From Vicugna vicugna (lineage: Eukaryota), in the NCBI GenBank assembly GCA_013265495.1, contig MU057744.1, positions 1,825,524 to 1,889,523 on the forward strand: DNA of 64,000 bases. Direction: 5' to 3'. The first letter of the stretch is position 1. Each line of letters opens with the position of its first letter. Made by a program: the position numbers and the translations under genes. The notes beneath the pieces are model-generated. The model was not told the origin of the DNA and searched no databases. It was given only the letters and a program-made list of their open reading frames with translations. Shown one piece after another: positions 37,078 to 50,139 of the stretch.

Positions 37078-38513
37078 GTAATTTAATATTTTGTGGGTTC
37101 ATTTGTGTAATAAAATAATGTAAAAGTCATAGGCTCTTCATAAGAGAGTATTCCTAGTGGAATGGTGGGGTGCTATGTTTGCTTTTGAAGATTGACATAG
37201 TTTTAATTTTTCTCTTAATTTATAACACATGTTGAAAATGCAATTTATATTGACTTTGCATAACATTATGGTAACATGTTCCTTGTGATTGTAATACTTT
37301 CTGATTTTAAGATGGCTAAGCATTTTGGAAAATGAGGCACATGGGTTGATAAGTTTCTGGTGCACTTGAACTTACTTGGACTCAAACCCTCCCTAGTTAG
37401 TCGCCTCTCCAACCTTATAAAGCCTGAAGAAATCCTATCAAACGTAAAAATATGAAATACTGAGTCTCATAAAAGTATCATATTCCAGCGGCCTTACTGA
37501 CTTTCGTGCTTCGCTGCTGTGGAGATTGAAGTACCTGCAGTGTTGCTTAATGCACGTGGCGTTCCCTTTCATTTGCTATGTTTATGAATGAACAGTTCAT
37601 ACACTTTCAGACGACAGGAGCGTAGTATTTCAGAGAGAAGCAGGACAGCGTGCCTTGTATGCTTACGCTTAAGTTAGTAACATCCAAAATCAATTTGAAT
37701 TTGCAGGCAGGCATTGTCAGATGACCGAAATAGTGTAACCAGAAGTTCGTTACATGATGAGGGAGTTTTATCTGTGATTACATTTTTTTTTTTTCTTGCT
37801 GAATTGCCTTTGGTAAACCAAGAGCCCTTTTAAAATAACATGTAGAAGGTAATTTTAGATGAATTTGCAACTTTAATTGAAAACTGATCCTTTAAAGTGA
37901 GATAACTTAAATAATTACTATTTTTGATTTTTTAGAAACCTACAAATACAAATTTAACTAATTATGTAACTAATATACAAATACTTTGTGAAAGTTTTGA
38001 TTATGCATTTTTCCTATAGAATTTCTTTCTCAGTTCAGAGTTTTATTTTTCATACCTTTGTAACACAATACAGATTGTTAAAATTTCTTACTCTCTGGGA
38101 TGTTACGCTTTAGGTATTTTTCATGTATAGGCTTTATAACATGGTGCAGCAGTGATCTATAGCTACCTGGAAGGATCATATCGTTGAAATTATGTCTATG
38201 TATGTAAGGACATACACTTAGAATAGTCAAGGTCACTTCATTTCGAATATTGGAGAATAAACTTTTAGAGAAACAAAGATTTGATTCTTCTTATGGTACA
38301 ATGGCAATAAAAAGCTTCCATTTCTCCTATGTTTGATGGGATTTCAGGCTGTATTTTCCATTTTCCAGAAAAAGAACCTGTTGGGGAGTTGAGTTAGCCC
38401 AGGATAATTCATATTTTCTCCTACAACATCATATTAGCTGCAGGGATCAGGTTGACAACTTTTGCTAAGTAGTCATGGAGTATTTATTTTTTCGGTCCTC
38501 CGTTTCTTCCCAG

Positions 38514-38677
38514 AAATATGAACAAGAACTTTTCAAACTGGCACTGCCTTGCCTGAGCGCAGTTGCAGGAGCTTTGCCCCCAGACTACATGGAGTCAAAT
38601 TATGTCAGTATGATGGAAAAACAGTCATCAATGGATTCTGAAGGGAACTTTAACCCACAACCTGTTGATACCTCAAA
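38514..38677 (+). CDS. RYR2: RYR2 exon 53 (164 nt; KYEQELFKLA...QPVDTS)
   Basis: ttcccag|AAA TAT ... TCA AA|gtatgg. Confidence 0.96.
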
Positions 38678-40123
38678 GTATGGACTCTTTCTATTGCAGC
38701 AGATTTTTATTGTAAATGATGTGTGAAGTCTGAAATTGAATAAGGTACTAAAGTGAACTTTCTCTAATCCATGCCCCCTTATATCCCGAATATCAGAGGT
38801 AGATAAGATGTATCGTCTAAGGGATCCACTCTTAATGCAATCAGGATTTTCTGTGTGTAACCACGTGGTAAGCTCTATAATAATGAGAGTCAAGGAAGTA
38901 TATCAGTTACATTTATAGTTGAAATTTTGCCCTGAATGTTTATTAATCATTGCAGCCAACCCGTGTAGAGTCTGTGGCTCGGGGTGCTCCCAGCACACAG
39001 CGCAAAGCTGTTTCCGTGAGCCGCAGGACATCACTTCACCGTCACTACATCGAGGCCTTAGCAAGGCCTAGGGTTAGCAGCCAACGTTCAGCATCGTCAA
39101 GCACAGCATGAGAGTGCAGGGAACGTCAAGTGAGAACATTTGCGGACAGTTCAGCATGCGGTCAGAAGGCAGTGTGACAGCCTTAACCACAGATCACACG
39201 TTGCTTAACGTCAGGAAGCTTCTTCCACGTACCTACTTGCACAAGTTGTTCCACAGACCGGGCGTCTGGGCCCGTCAGGGGTTTGGAGTCTCAGCACTTC
39301 CGTTGTTGTTACCATCTTCAAGTAGGACCCTGGTTTCCCACGTGCAGGGAAGCGGCTCTTCACGCCACCTTATCTTACCCGTTCCTTGGTGACTCTGTGA
39401 GATCACGATTAGCCTGGTAGTCACTTGATAGTTAACCATCCTCGGAGTCTGAATGTGCTGGGAGTTCAACTTCCAGGCCTCTGGGCGGCCCCCTGGCTGG
39501 TTTAGCTTTCTACCAGATCAGAAGTCAACCCAAGTGGTATGCCATTAGTTTGATAATGCCTTAAATTTGCATGTTTGGTATTTGATGACAGTCCTGTGAG
39601 AAAGACTCCACCCACCCAGGGTTTGGCTTATGTGATTGATCCTTTGTATCTCTTCTAAAGTAAGTAAACCAAAATATCACATGTGCACATTGCTACGTGG
39701 GTAAGTTGGTGGTTTGCTCACATACCATGTCATCCAGGATTTTAAAATAACATCAGAACAATGTCATGACTTCGGTGTTGATTAATAACATCCTATTAGT
39801 TAATAAACGTTGGGCATGTACACTAATTTACCTAGGCGTGCCCCTTTGGGGGCCTCTTAACAGGTTAGGTTTGCATAGTAATGTCAGTAATTTCTACATT
39901 TCTGTGATTTTTACATACTGTGTTTTAAGTATGTGTATGTCCTGTCGTTCAGTTACTAACTGATAACATTGGTGGAAAAGAATAGTAAACCATCTCATTG
40001 TTCTAGGTTTCCCTTGCCATTCTATTCTCAAAGTAAATTGCATTAACATATTTTCATTAATGAATGGAATTACATGCATATTTAATTTTCCATTCATAGA
40101 CCTATGTGATATTCCCAAGTCTT

Positions 40124-40150
40124 AGATTTACCATCAGATTTACCATCAGA
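40124..40150. repeat. 12-bp tandem duplication
   Basis: agatttaccatc agatttaccatc aga. Confidence 0.85.
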
Positions 40151-40839
40151 CTTGGTCACCAGTTGCATGGACTCAGCACTTGTTCAAGGGATTAAGTATT
40201 CATTTAAACAGGAAAGAAATCAAGAAGTGTTACAAAATCATAAAGCATGAATCAGTTAATTACTTTTTTCCCTCTAGTTCATACTAGTAACATACAGAAT
40301 TTATATATCGACCATTAACATTTAAAATCATTAACACACCACTAGTTGTATGAAATTAATGTAAAATTTACAAAAGGTAACAGGTGAGATTTCAGCATTT
40401 ATAGTTGTAGCAGAAGAGACTTAAGTCAAAAAGGAAAAATAACTTCACAAGAATAACGAATATGGGAGAGAAGTATGTCTTTACGCTTGTTGAATCTAAC
40501 TGTATCTTCATTCAGATTTTTTGAAACTTTTGGTATAATCTATTGTTCTCGTCTTTGAATACATTTTAATTATTTTTACTTATTCTTTGTGTAATTGTTC
40601 TTGTATATAACTTACATGAAGACATCAAGTATGAATCAATATAAGATGAGCAGATAGAACATTATCTGCTTGATTTTTCTTATATTGTTCCTACAATGTG
40701 GAAAGTTAGACCTTGTTAAAACAGTTTAAGTCATGCATTGAATGGGATTTAAGCAATCATAAGCTGTGAGTAAATTATTAATATGATTCCTTGTAAGTCC
40801 TGTGAAAATCAAGCCTTTCTTTGTTTGTTTTTCTCATAG

Positions 40840-40918
40840 TATCACAATTCCTGAGAAGTTGGAGTACTTCATTAGCAAATATGCAGAGCATTCCCATGAC
40901 AAATGGTCGATGGACAAG
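40840..40918 (+). CDS. RYR2: RYR2 exon 54 (79 nt; ITIPEKLEYFISKYAEHSHDKWSMDK), start of RyR repeat 3
   Basis: ctcatag|T ATC ... GAC AAG|gtaaaa; read manually. Confidence 0.96.
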
Positions 40919-41470
40919 GTAAAAGTCAGAATGTCCCCTTTTATTCAGTAGTGAGCGTACCTAATGACTGGCCATGGCTCAGACATTTCTGACCATGACA
41001 GTTTTCCACTGAAAAGTGAGAGCTTCAGATTTGGAAAGAATGTTTAATTATGATATGTTAAAATAATATTTAGCCTAATATAATATTTAGTTCTGCCACT
41101 GATACACATATTACACATACACAGATAAGAATATTTAAGTTCATAAAAAAGCACAGTGCTAAAAATTCAAAAAATATATCAGTTAAATCATGTATGTTTC
41201 TAAACATACATCTTTTTGTGGGAGTAAAAAGTAATAATCATCAAGGGCTTCCGTAAGAAATGGAGAGTCTGGGTCCAGAAATCTTTTAAGGGAACTTTAG
41301 CTTTATGTGTAATTTTATATTAGATAAAGTCTTGAAAAATCATTTATCAGAGTTTAGTGATTATTTACAGCTTCTGCTCTCTGACTTCCTTCTTACGACT
41401 AAGTAGATCTGTAGTTCACTTAGCTGGGAAGATGGCAGGTTTTATTTGTTTTGTCAAGAAAAGAAAACCA

Positions 41471-41745
41471 TTTTTTATATAGTAGTTTGTATCTGTTAAT
41501 TCCAAACTTGTTATTTATCCCTCTTCGCCTTTCCCTTTTGTAAGTGTAAGTTCGTTTTCTAAACTACTGTGTATAAAATAGATAAACAGCGAGGTCCTAC
41601 TATGCAGCACAGGGAACTGTATTCGGTATCTTGTAACAGCCTACAATGGAAAAGATTTGAAAAAGAATATATACATATAACTGTATCACTAGAAACTAAC
41701 AGCACAACGTGGTAAATCAACTAGACTCCAATGTAAAAAAAAAAA
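41471..41745 (+). mobile_element. Short LINE-1 insertion with 5' inversion
   Basis: 41471-41560 is L1 3' UTR in minus orientation; 41561-41745 is in plus orientation and ends in poly(A). Flanks are aagaaaagaaaacca / aaaaaaaggaaacca. Confidence 0.85.
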
Positions 41746-42742
41746 GGAAACCAACCCGAATGAGAGAACTGAAGCAGACGCGATCTGTGACACAAGTCCT
41801 GCATGCGTATCAAGACGCTTTTCTGGAGGAGATGTCATACCAGAGCAGTTATATTTAAGTTGAACCTCGTTAAACTTGAGAGAGGCTGGTGAAAATAGAC
41901 TTGTCAGAGGGATTAAGCTGAGACGATGCAGGAATCTAAAATAAGCATGTACTGATCTGGAGAAGTGAGAATCAAACAGCAGAGGGTCCAAAAGCTGCCT
42001 GTGTTACGTAGCGACCCAGCGTCACCCTGTCAAGCTTCGCGTTCTTGCCCTGGCCAGCCAGCCCTCACTCCCTCTCAGAAACCCCCTTTTTGTTTTGTTG
42101 ACCCTGTGTCTCTTTGTTCAGTAATTTAGTGGATTTACTAGGTAAGTCAGTAGGAGTTAAGTATCTGTTTTATATAAAGATTCCAGTAGGTACTGAGCTG
42201 GCGGGGGTGGTGAGGGAGAGGAAATTTACAGGAAGACCGTCTTGAGCTCTTCCTGTCTCGTTACCGCATAGACAGACGTGAAACAAGATAGGGAAACAGT
42301 GATATGTGCAAAATTACATGGGCAGTAATGGAGACGAATGTACTGAAGGTGATTGAATGTAGGATCGGCAAAACAGGTAGCATTATTCAGGGAGGCTTCC
42401 AAATAAAGCAGCTGCCCCGAATCTCCTGTTTCAAATGAGCTCTCACATCCGCGTGTCACAGGACACTGCAGCCTGAGCTTCCTCTGGGTCTCTGACCTGG
42501 TCTCAGACCTGACTGAGGAGGACTGGGCACTTTTGTCTCTGGAGGAGAAGAGTTGCTCCAGGTGATTGCTCAATATCATATTGACTAGGGAGGAAGTCTG
42601 TACGTTGACTTATGCTGGATAAAATCCCAAGCAGTCCTTGTCTTGGTTCATTTTAGATTTATTTTCTCAAGTACACACTTAAACCATGCACACCTACACC
42701 CTCTAAAATTAATGCCTATAAAATGATTTTGAATTTTTTTAG

Positions 42743-42832
42743 TTGGCAAATGGATGGATTTATGGAGAAATATATTCAGACTCATCTAAAGTTCAGCCAT
42801 TAATGAAGCCATATAAGCTGTTATCTGAAAAG
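42743..42832 (+). CDS. RYR2: RYR2 exon 55 (90 nt; LANGWIYGEIYSDSSKVQPLMKPYKLLSEK)
   Basis: tttttag|TTG GCA ... GAA AAG|gtgagg; read manually. Confidence 0.96.
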
Positions 42833-43598
42833 GTGAGGTGTTTATTTTATTTTATTATATTTTGGGCTATACAGTTTTAATTTGAGGGGGAGAGTCTTTT
42901 CTTTGCTATGGAAATTTCTTACTAAAATGTCTTCTTTACTTTGTATATACTGTTTTTACCTTTTCTCAAAGGTCCCAGTTTTTATTTTTTTATCTTTTGT
43001 CTTTTTCTCTGCAGTCCCCTTTTTTGTCAGTATTTAATTGGTTATTTTCTTCCCTACTTAATATTTTTCTGTTTCTTTTAGATTTTTATTCCGCTCCTAT
43101 ATTTTTAAGAACTTTAGAAAATATTCTTAAGAGTTTTTTGATGAGGAATAATGAGGTAATCTATTTTGATACGCTTATGATTTATTTTTCATGTATCTTA
43201 CTTCTTTGGAGAGAAATCAAGATCTCAGTAAATCTAGTGAAAAGAATTTTCTAGCTTGGTGCTTAGGGAGGAAGTTACTTCTCTGTTTATTCAGATGGTA
43301 GAGAAGCCTTCAAGCACGTGCCATACAATCTGGCACTTTTTCTTAATTGTGTTTCTCCTTTCTAGTTTCTGTCTGAAGAACCAGGAGCTGGGAAACTAAA
43401 GGGAATTAACCTCATGCTTAATAAGCTAGGATCCCTCTTAGAAGCCAGACTCCATCTCAGCTCACACTCTGCCCTTCAGAATTTTTACTTTCCTTTTTTA
43501 TTTTTAAATAAATGATGACAATCAAAAAATTTTAAGTGAAGGCAGAGTATTTCAGAACAAAGCATTAAATACTTCTTTTATTTAGGTTCATAATGCCC

Positions 43599-43683
43599 CA
43601 CCCTTTTCTTTCTCTTTTTTTTTCTTCTTTTGCTTTTTCTTTCTTTTTCTTTTCTTTTCTTTTTTGTTTTTGTTTATGTTTCT
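43599..43683 (+). repeat. Long C/T-rich polypyrimidine tract at the exon 56 acceptor
   Basis: About 80 nt of near-pure T/C, (TTTTC)n-like. Confidence 0.9.
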
Positions 43684-43685
43684 AG

Positions 43686-43823
43686 GAAAAAGAAATTTAT
43701 CGCTGGCCAATCAAAGAATCTTTAAAAACTATGCTGGCTTGGGGGTGGAGGATTGAAAGGACACGAGAGGGAGACAGCATGGCCCTTTACAACCGGACTC
43801 GTCGCATTTCTCAGACAAGCCAG
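43686..43823 (+). CDS. RYR2: RYR2 exon 56 (138 nt; [10 protein letters not shown]...[10 protein letters not shown])
   Basis: tttctag|GAA AAA ... AGC CAG|gtgagg; read manually. Confidence 0.97.
43809..43811 (+). other. RYR2: Codon for the PKA phosphorylation site S2808 (RRIS)
   Basis: CGT CGC ATT TCT CAG; the well-known RyR2 phospho-loop motif. Confidence 0.92.
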
Positions 43824-46549
43824 GTGAGGGTCACGGTGTTGGCTGCATTGTTCATGTTCTTTTAAAGTGATTCCAATAGTTCATTTAATTACTGTGTTTT
43901 CCAAAACAGCTCATTTGAAAATTCTGAGGATAAACATAAAGTTTAGAAGAGGGGAAAATTCTGTTCCTTTGTCTTTACTTTTACATGCATTTAAGTCTTG
44001 GTTAACGCACTGGAATTTTGTATATCAGGTCGTGCGTCTGACAGTGTATAAAGAAGTCCCCAGTGACGGAGTCTTGAAGTTGCACTCATGAAGGGTGTAG
44101 CATGTGTTCCTCACCTCCAATTAGGTCGTCTGCAGAGCTGGGCTCCTTTCCTAAGCTTGGTTCTTAGGATCTGGATCTGAAACCTTCATGGATGTTCCAT
44201 TTGAGTGAGCCCGGGCACCTGCCCACCGACGCAGGGAGGATGTGCAGCCGGCCAGGCAGAGACGCAGTCATAGGGCACACCACTGGTCACTTCAGGGAGG
44301 TCCTGCCAGTCAGGTCCCAGCTTGGCCTGGCTGTGGGGCTCAGTGCTCTGATGGGAGAGCGAGGACAGCCTTGACCCAGAGGACCTAGGGGTCAAGGTGG
44401 GGACCAGATACCAGCTGGCCCTTTCATTTCCCCTGGGAGCTAAACTTGCCATTGTCCCTTTTCAGACTGCTTGGGTCACTGTGTTCGGTTTAACCAAAGG
44501 AGTAGATTGATTATTGCCATTTTACAGATAACATTTTTGAAAAAAGAAAATGAAAGGACTGAAAGTCTGTGTTGCACCTGCTTTGTATTTGGTATATACT
44601 GTTAAATAGATTAAGTGTGGTACATAAGCTAAATATGATTTGCAGATATTTTACATTAAATTCTCTCAAGTATCATGAAGGTGGAAGCTATAAAAGCACA
44701 TTTTACCTTTTTATCATGTGTGCACACATTTCTCGCTAAATTATACCTCTGCTTTAATCTGTTTGAGCAAAGATTGAGCACAAACTGAGTTCCAGGCAGT
44801 AGGAATACAAAGATAACAAGAGCCAGTCCTAACCACTCACAGTTTGGTCTTAGAGACAGACCTCCTACAGCAGTACAGTTTAGGCTGGTGGTCTGCACAA
44901 GATACGTGGAGTGCAGAGAATATTACGATCTCTTTTTTTTTCCTATAGATTATATAGGAAATAAGGAAATTATCACGTATGGAAGTAACTTGAAGCTTTG
45001 CTGGGAAACATAAGATCGATTTTCCCACTCCCCTTAATAGCAAAAACTATGTGCTCCAATTTAAAGTTGTGCATATTGAATGAGAGCTTACCCAATGAAA
45101 CAATAATGATGCCAGTCCTCTCAGCCAGCACTGAAGACTAGAAATAGTAGGAGGCAGACCAGAAAAGAGATTGTCTATTAGCCGGAAAAACCGGGCCTGT
45201 AGGGGCTCCATCTTCCTGTTCCTGCCTCTCCACACCTCTTCCCTGGCCCTGCTGTCAGCGCGGGCGGGCAGGGCGGCGTGCTGAGCGTGCCTCCGCCTGT
45301 CCTAGCTCTACACTTCTTCTAGAATGCCAGGGAGGTGAGAGAGCCAAGGAGAGAGCCAAACCACCATTCTAGCCATGCTCACCTGGAGAGGAAATAACTG
45401 GTAGAGTTCATGCTTTTGCAGGTAACCCATGTGGAAACTTCACAAGCTCCAGAGTGGTGTGGGGTCACGTCAGATAGAGAATTTCATTACAGATTTAATA
45501 AAGTGATTCTAAAACATCGAAAATTCTTACAGACTCTGTAAATTGTAATGCATAAGCTATTACCAATCCATCTTCAGAAAAGGATTACCTTTTCTTTAAA
45601 ACCCCAGCAAAATCGTAATTATGTTTTGCTGAATTTCAATTGACCTTTCTCAAGATTGCTTTAAAAAACTGTATTTCCTCTCTTCCTTACTCCCCCTTAG
45701 CTCCTAAGGTAGCTCTCAGCGCCCATTAAACCCTCAGTGAACACTATTAACCGATACCTGTGTAACCGTCTCTTAAGTCTTACTGATCTGTAGAGACAAG
45801 TGTGATGTACGACACACACTGTTAAGTCCCCTCCATCACTTCACAATGCGAGGAGGTGCTTATGCGCGAGGCACCGAGGCAGAGTGTACAGATTCAGAGG
45901 GACGGCTCTGGAGGGGGACCACTGGACTTCAGTCCTGGGACCACTGCTTCCTAGAAATGTACTTCATCTGTTTGCCTCAGTGATGGCAACTCTTATTATT
46001 ATCACCAGTATTTAAACATTTTTAATGCCAGAGAGCATTTCCTCAAAGGTAGATAAAGCCTTTATGTAGTTTGTAGTACATTGACCTTTTAGTAGTGAAA
46101 AAAACAGGAGTATTAGTATCAGTGTCAGAAATGCAGAGTAACAAACGCCACAAACACACTTATAGTCCTTGTTATTTTCACTCCACTGTTCTTTAAACAT
46201 AAACCAACATTATCTGAAATGATAAAATCATTTAATTGCTAACCTTAATTATATTGTTTGATAATCATTTCGCCAGACTTCTCGGTGTCTTTTCCACTCT
46301 GCATTACTGATCGCCCAGGTGATTATAAAGATGCTTTCCATGGTGTAACAGGTACACTCCTTTACTTGGGTAAATGGGGGAGCACTTTTTGCGGCATCCC
46401 TGTGTAGCGGGGGCCGTCAGTGGAGGTGCTGAGATGGCGTGTGGTTGTGGCTCTGGAGCTAGATCTACTCCGCTTCCTCCCTCTGCGCTCAGCCCGCCCT
46501 CGGTGAGGTGGAGATGCCGCTGCACAACCCACCGAGGCCGGGCACGGCC

Positions 46550-46735
46550 TGTCTGGGTCAGACCCTGGCCTCACCACGGAGTCACCAGCTTCTTTGTGAG
46601 CTTGGGCAAGCTGCTCAACCTCTCTGTGCTGCAGTTTTCGCTTTTTTAAAATGAAGCAGACAAGAGCATCTAATTTAAAAGATGGCTGTGAGGATTAAAT
46701 GTTGTAATGCTTATAAATCACTGAAAAGAATGACG
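46550..46735 (+). mobile_element. MIR SINE
   Basis: Core tgtgagcttgggcaagctgctcaacctctctgtgctgcagtttt...aaaatg...gctgtgaggattaaatg. Confidence 0.8.
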
Positions 46736-47259
46736 ATGTTAGACCTAATTATGATCATTGTTATCTTTTGTGGCTCAGTAGCATTATGAATGTCTTTTGT
46801 TTGCCGTGAACAGCACATGAATCATGATTCCAGGGAATTTACCACTTGATTAGGGTCTTGTAATCTGTGTGTGAAGATAGCGTGTGGGCATGGGCGGAGC
46901 CAGTGATGGCCTGGTAGGGTGTAGACTAGACAGCACAAATAGCAGTGGGGTCAGCAGTGACAAGATGCTTGTTAGAGAGGGGCTGAGTGGCTGTGTTTCA
47001 ACTTCTTGGTGGTCATCTCTCAAGTCAGCCTAAAAGGAGAACGTTTCTCACAACTTCAAGCATATTCCTGAATAATTCCTTACTTACTCCCCAATTTTAA
47101 TTTATTTTCTTATATCTGGCTTTTATTACATACGTATGGTATAAACTATTTAACAGATTTTAAAATTAGCCTATAACCTGAGAAGGAAAGGAAGATGGGA
47201 GTGAAACTCTGGAACGTGTTTTCCATCTTGAACTGAAAGGCAGGCCAGGACAGAGGCAT

Positions 47260-47780
47260 AACTCATTTCTTCTTTAAGCAGACGTTTACTGAGCACCTGC
47301 TGTGTTCTGTGCACTATGTCAGCTTTTCAGATGGGTTAGTGAACAGAATAGACCAAAACCTCTGCCCTCATGGAGCTGACATGCTAATGGGGAAAGTGAT
47401 AGAAGTAAATGACATACTAGGTCAAAATACATTAAATGTTATGGAAAGAGAAGATGGCGTGGAAAAGCAGGTTGTGCGTGCATGGGCTGGGGAATTGGAC
47501 AGTATTTGGGGGTGAGCTGCAGTTTTATACAGGGTTGTCAGTAGATTTCATTGAGCTGATAAATTGAATAGACTTGAAAGTGGTGAGGGAGTTACACATA
47601 CTTGCGGGAAGAATGTTCCAGGTCATGCACATGAATGCTCTGAGTTGGGAGTGTGGCCTGGGACGTGAGGGTCAAGGAAGCCAGGGAGGTTGGAGCTGAG
47701 TGAGTGACAAGGAGACCGGGAGGTGGGAGGAGGGGTCTCAGGAGCCAATCAGGTAGCACTCGGGGGACATTTTAAGACGT
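47260..47780 (-). mobile_element. LINE-2 3' region
   Basis: gacgtttactgagcacctgctgtg...ctctgccctcatggagctgacat. Confidence 0.75.
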
Positions 47781-47781
47781 T

Positions 47782-48008
47782 TGATAAGTGCTTTGGAGTC
47801 AGAAGGAATTATTTTAAAACCTTGCTTCTACTGTTGACTACATAACGATATGACTGTTAGAGGTATTTAATTCTGAACTTTTTTTTTCTCAGTTTAAAAT
47901 GGCAAAAAGGAATATCTACTTTTCAGAGTTTTAAAGATTAAATGAGATAATCTATGTCCCTTGAAAATACCACTCACATGGTGGTTGATGTTTGTTATGT
48001 TATTATTG
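47782..48008 (+). mobile_element. MIR SINE
   Basis: gctttggagtcaga...taaaatgg...aagattaaatgagataat. Confidence 0.65.
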
Positions 48009-48899
48009 CCAGTAAGGTGAGCGTTAATTAAATTCGGAGATGGTATGTATTCCAGGTAACTTGAAATTCTGCAAGACTGGCCAGTCTTCTGATTTCTGTG
48101 TATGTAAAGGAGAGAAACGGGTCATGCAAAACACGAAAAGAATCTCTCTCTGAATAAACAAATATTTACTTGTGTTCTTTAAACCAGCTTCAATAACTTA
48201 CTCTAAAGCTAAAAGGACATAAATTTCTGTCATATAAGGAACAAGGTCAAAGAGGGTATTAAATACTGAAAATTTTATTTTAAGGACAAATAAAGGGATC
48301 ACTGTCAGCTCTGTTCTATTCATTCATTCAACAAAATTTGCATGGAGTCTAATACTTGTTAAATTAGTTTTAAGGCATGTTTGCCGTATTTCATTATCGA
48401 CGAGATTGGGAATCAGTTTGTAATCCTAAAGTTGATGAGAGATGGCTGGGGCCTGACTCTGAGAATACTGAGATGAGTAAGGCCTGCAGACTTCACAGTG
48501 GAAAGGTTTATAACTCAGAGAATAACATAATGAGTATTTTGGAAATATAATTCCGACAACCGAGTAGAGAATGAATCAGAGGAGGAGGCTGAAGGCAGAC
48601 AGACAGACGGACTCCTCAGAAGGAGATTGTATACATCCCACAGAACGAAGCAAAAACCTTGAATATCTGAGTTAGGGCAGAGACCATGGCGATGGAGGGA
48701 GGTGGTGTACCCCAGAGAGACTTTGCGGAAGAGACAGGACTGACTGATGCAGGAGGCAGGTGAGGAGGCGTGCTCAGAGGTGGTTGCTGTGGACCTGGGC
48801 TGGGCCACCAGGTGGGAGGGGCGTGTTAGGTGAGGTAGGAGCACAGCCATGCCGGGGGCAGGAGGGAGACAAGGAGAAAATAATGCTTTTGATTTTAGC

Positions 48900-49245
48900 C
48901 GTTGTGTCAGGCAGAGTTCTGGCTTCCAAACAGGATTCCCAGTGGCTGGAATCTTCATGTACTTCATATACGTGGCTTTCCTTGGGCTTTGCCAGTGTGG
49001 TCAAGGTTAATGACCTTGAGAGGGGAGAGATTGTACTGGATTATTGGTGGGTCCAGTGTAATCAGAAGGATTCTTAATGTGGGTTGGAAAAGACAGGGAA
49101 AACATTCGTCCTTACAACTTCTAGAAAGGACACAGCCCTGCTGACACCTCGAGTTTAGCTAATTGAGCCGAGCCAGACGTCTCCTAGTTTGTGATGTTTT
49201 CAGCCAATTTCCCACGACTGCCTCCAGCAGCAGTAGATTAATCCA
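48900..49245 (+). mobile_element. MaLR MLT1-type LTR fragment
   Basis: ctttgccagtgtggtcaaggttaatgaccttgagaggggagagattgtactggattatt...cttctagaaaggacacagccctgctgacacct. Confidence 0.7.
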
Positions 49246-49989
49246 CGTATGGAGTCCCCAGATGGAGATGGAGACAAATGGTTGAAAATTGACATCTGGA
49301 GCACAGGAACAATACTAGGCTAGATCAGTTAATTTTTAGGTTTAAAACGTGGTTGATGAATGAGATATTTAAAGTAGATGTGGATGTGGACACCTGGAAA
49401 AGGCTGTCTACAGCCGAACAGTGAAGCAGAAAGCCACAGGTAGTGAAAGGCAATTTATGGAAGAGGAGGCAGAGAAGGGACCTGAGAAAAAGAGGTGGGA
49501 GAGGAGAGTGGGGGTGGGAGGGGCGGTTCCCGGCATTTGTGGAATTAACGAGGCGGCTGGCCAGCAGTGGTCAGCAGTGTCCAGCCTAGAAGGACCAGTT
49601 TGATGGCAGCTGGAAAGAGGACTTGAATTGAGCATCTTGCAAACTGGTAACATGAGAGAGGGCAGTTGTGGGCCGGCGAGTGCTGGGGTAAGAGCTGTGC
49701 TGCGCTATGTTGAGGGAAGGAGGAACGAGAGAAGACGTCCTGAGTTGGAGCCTTGCCTGCTCAGAGCTTTAGCTCTGTGGCCTTGGGTGAGACTCAGTTT
49801 TCTTACAAGGACACTTAAAGGAGAGAAAATGTGATTTTATTACACATTCTATTCTCAGTACTGGCACAGAAGCCAAGGTTCAGTCAAAACTGACCAGTCT
49901 GTTGCGTGTAGCCCATGAGAACATTACGATAGCATAGGACAACCCCTTTGTGTTCTGCAGGCCCGGATCTGAGCCATTTGGTACCTTTG

Positions 49990-50139
49990 ATTTGGGTTTT
50001 GGTTTTGTTCTTTTTGGTGGGGGGCAGGTAATTAGGTGTATGTATGTATGTATGTATGCATTTAATGGAGGTGCTGTGGATTGAACCCAGGGCCTCATGC
50101 ATGCTAGGCATGTGCTCTACCCCTGAGCTGTACCCTCCC
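49990..50139 (-). mobile_element. Vic-1-like tRNA-derived SINE, near full length, with an internal (TATG)n tract
   Basis: Reverse complement reads gggagggtacagctcaggggtagagcacatgcctagcatgcatgaggccctgggttcaatccacagcacctccattaaa...cctaattacc. Confidence 0.85.

Noticed and set aside
38678..38686. Donor gtatgg as a possible U12-type intron
   Set aside because: Lacks the GTATCCT consensus; all introns seen are ordinary GT-AG.
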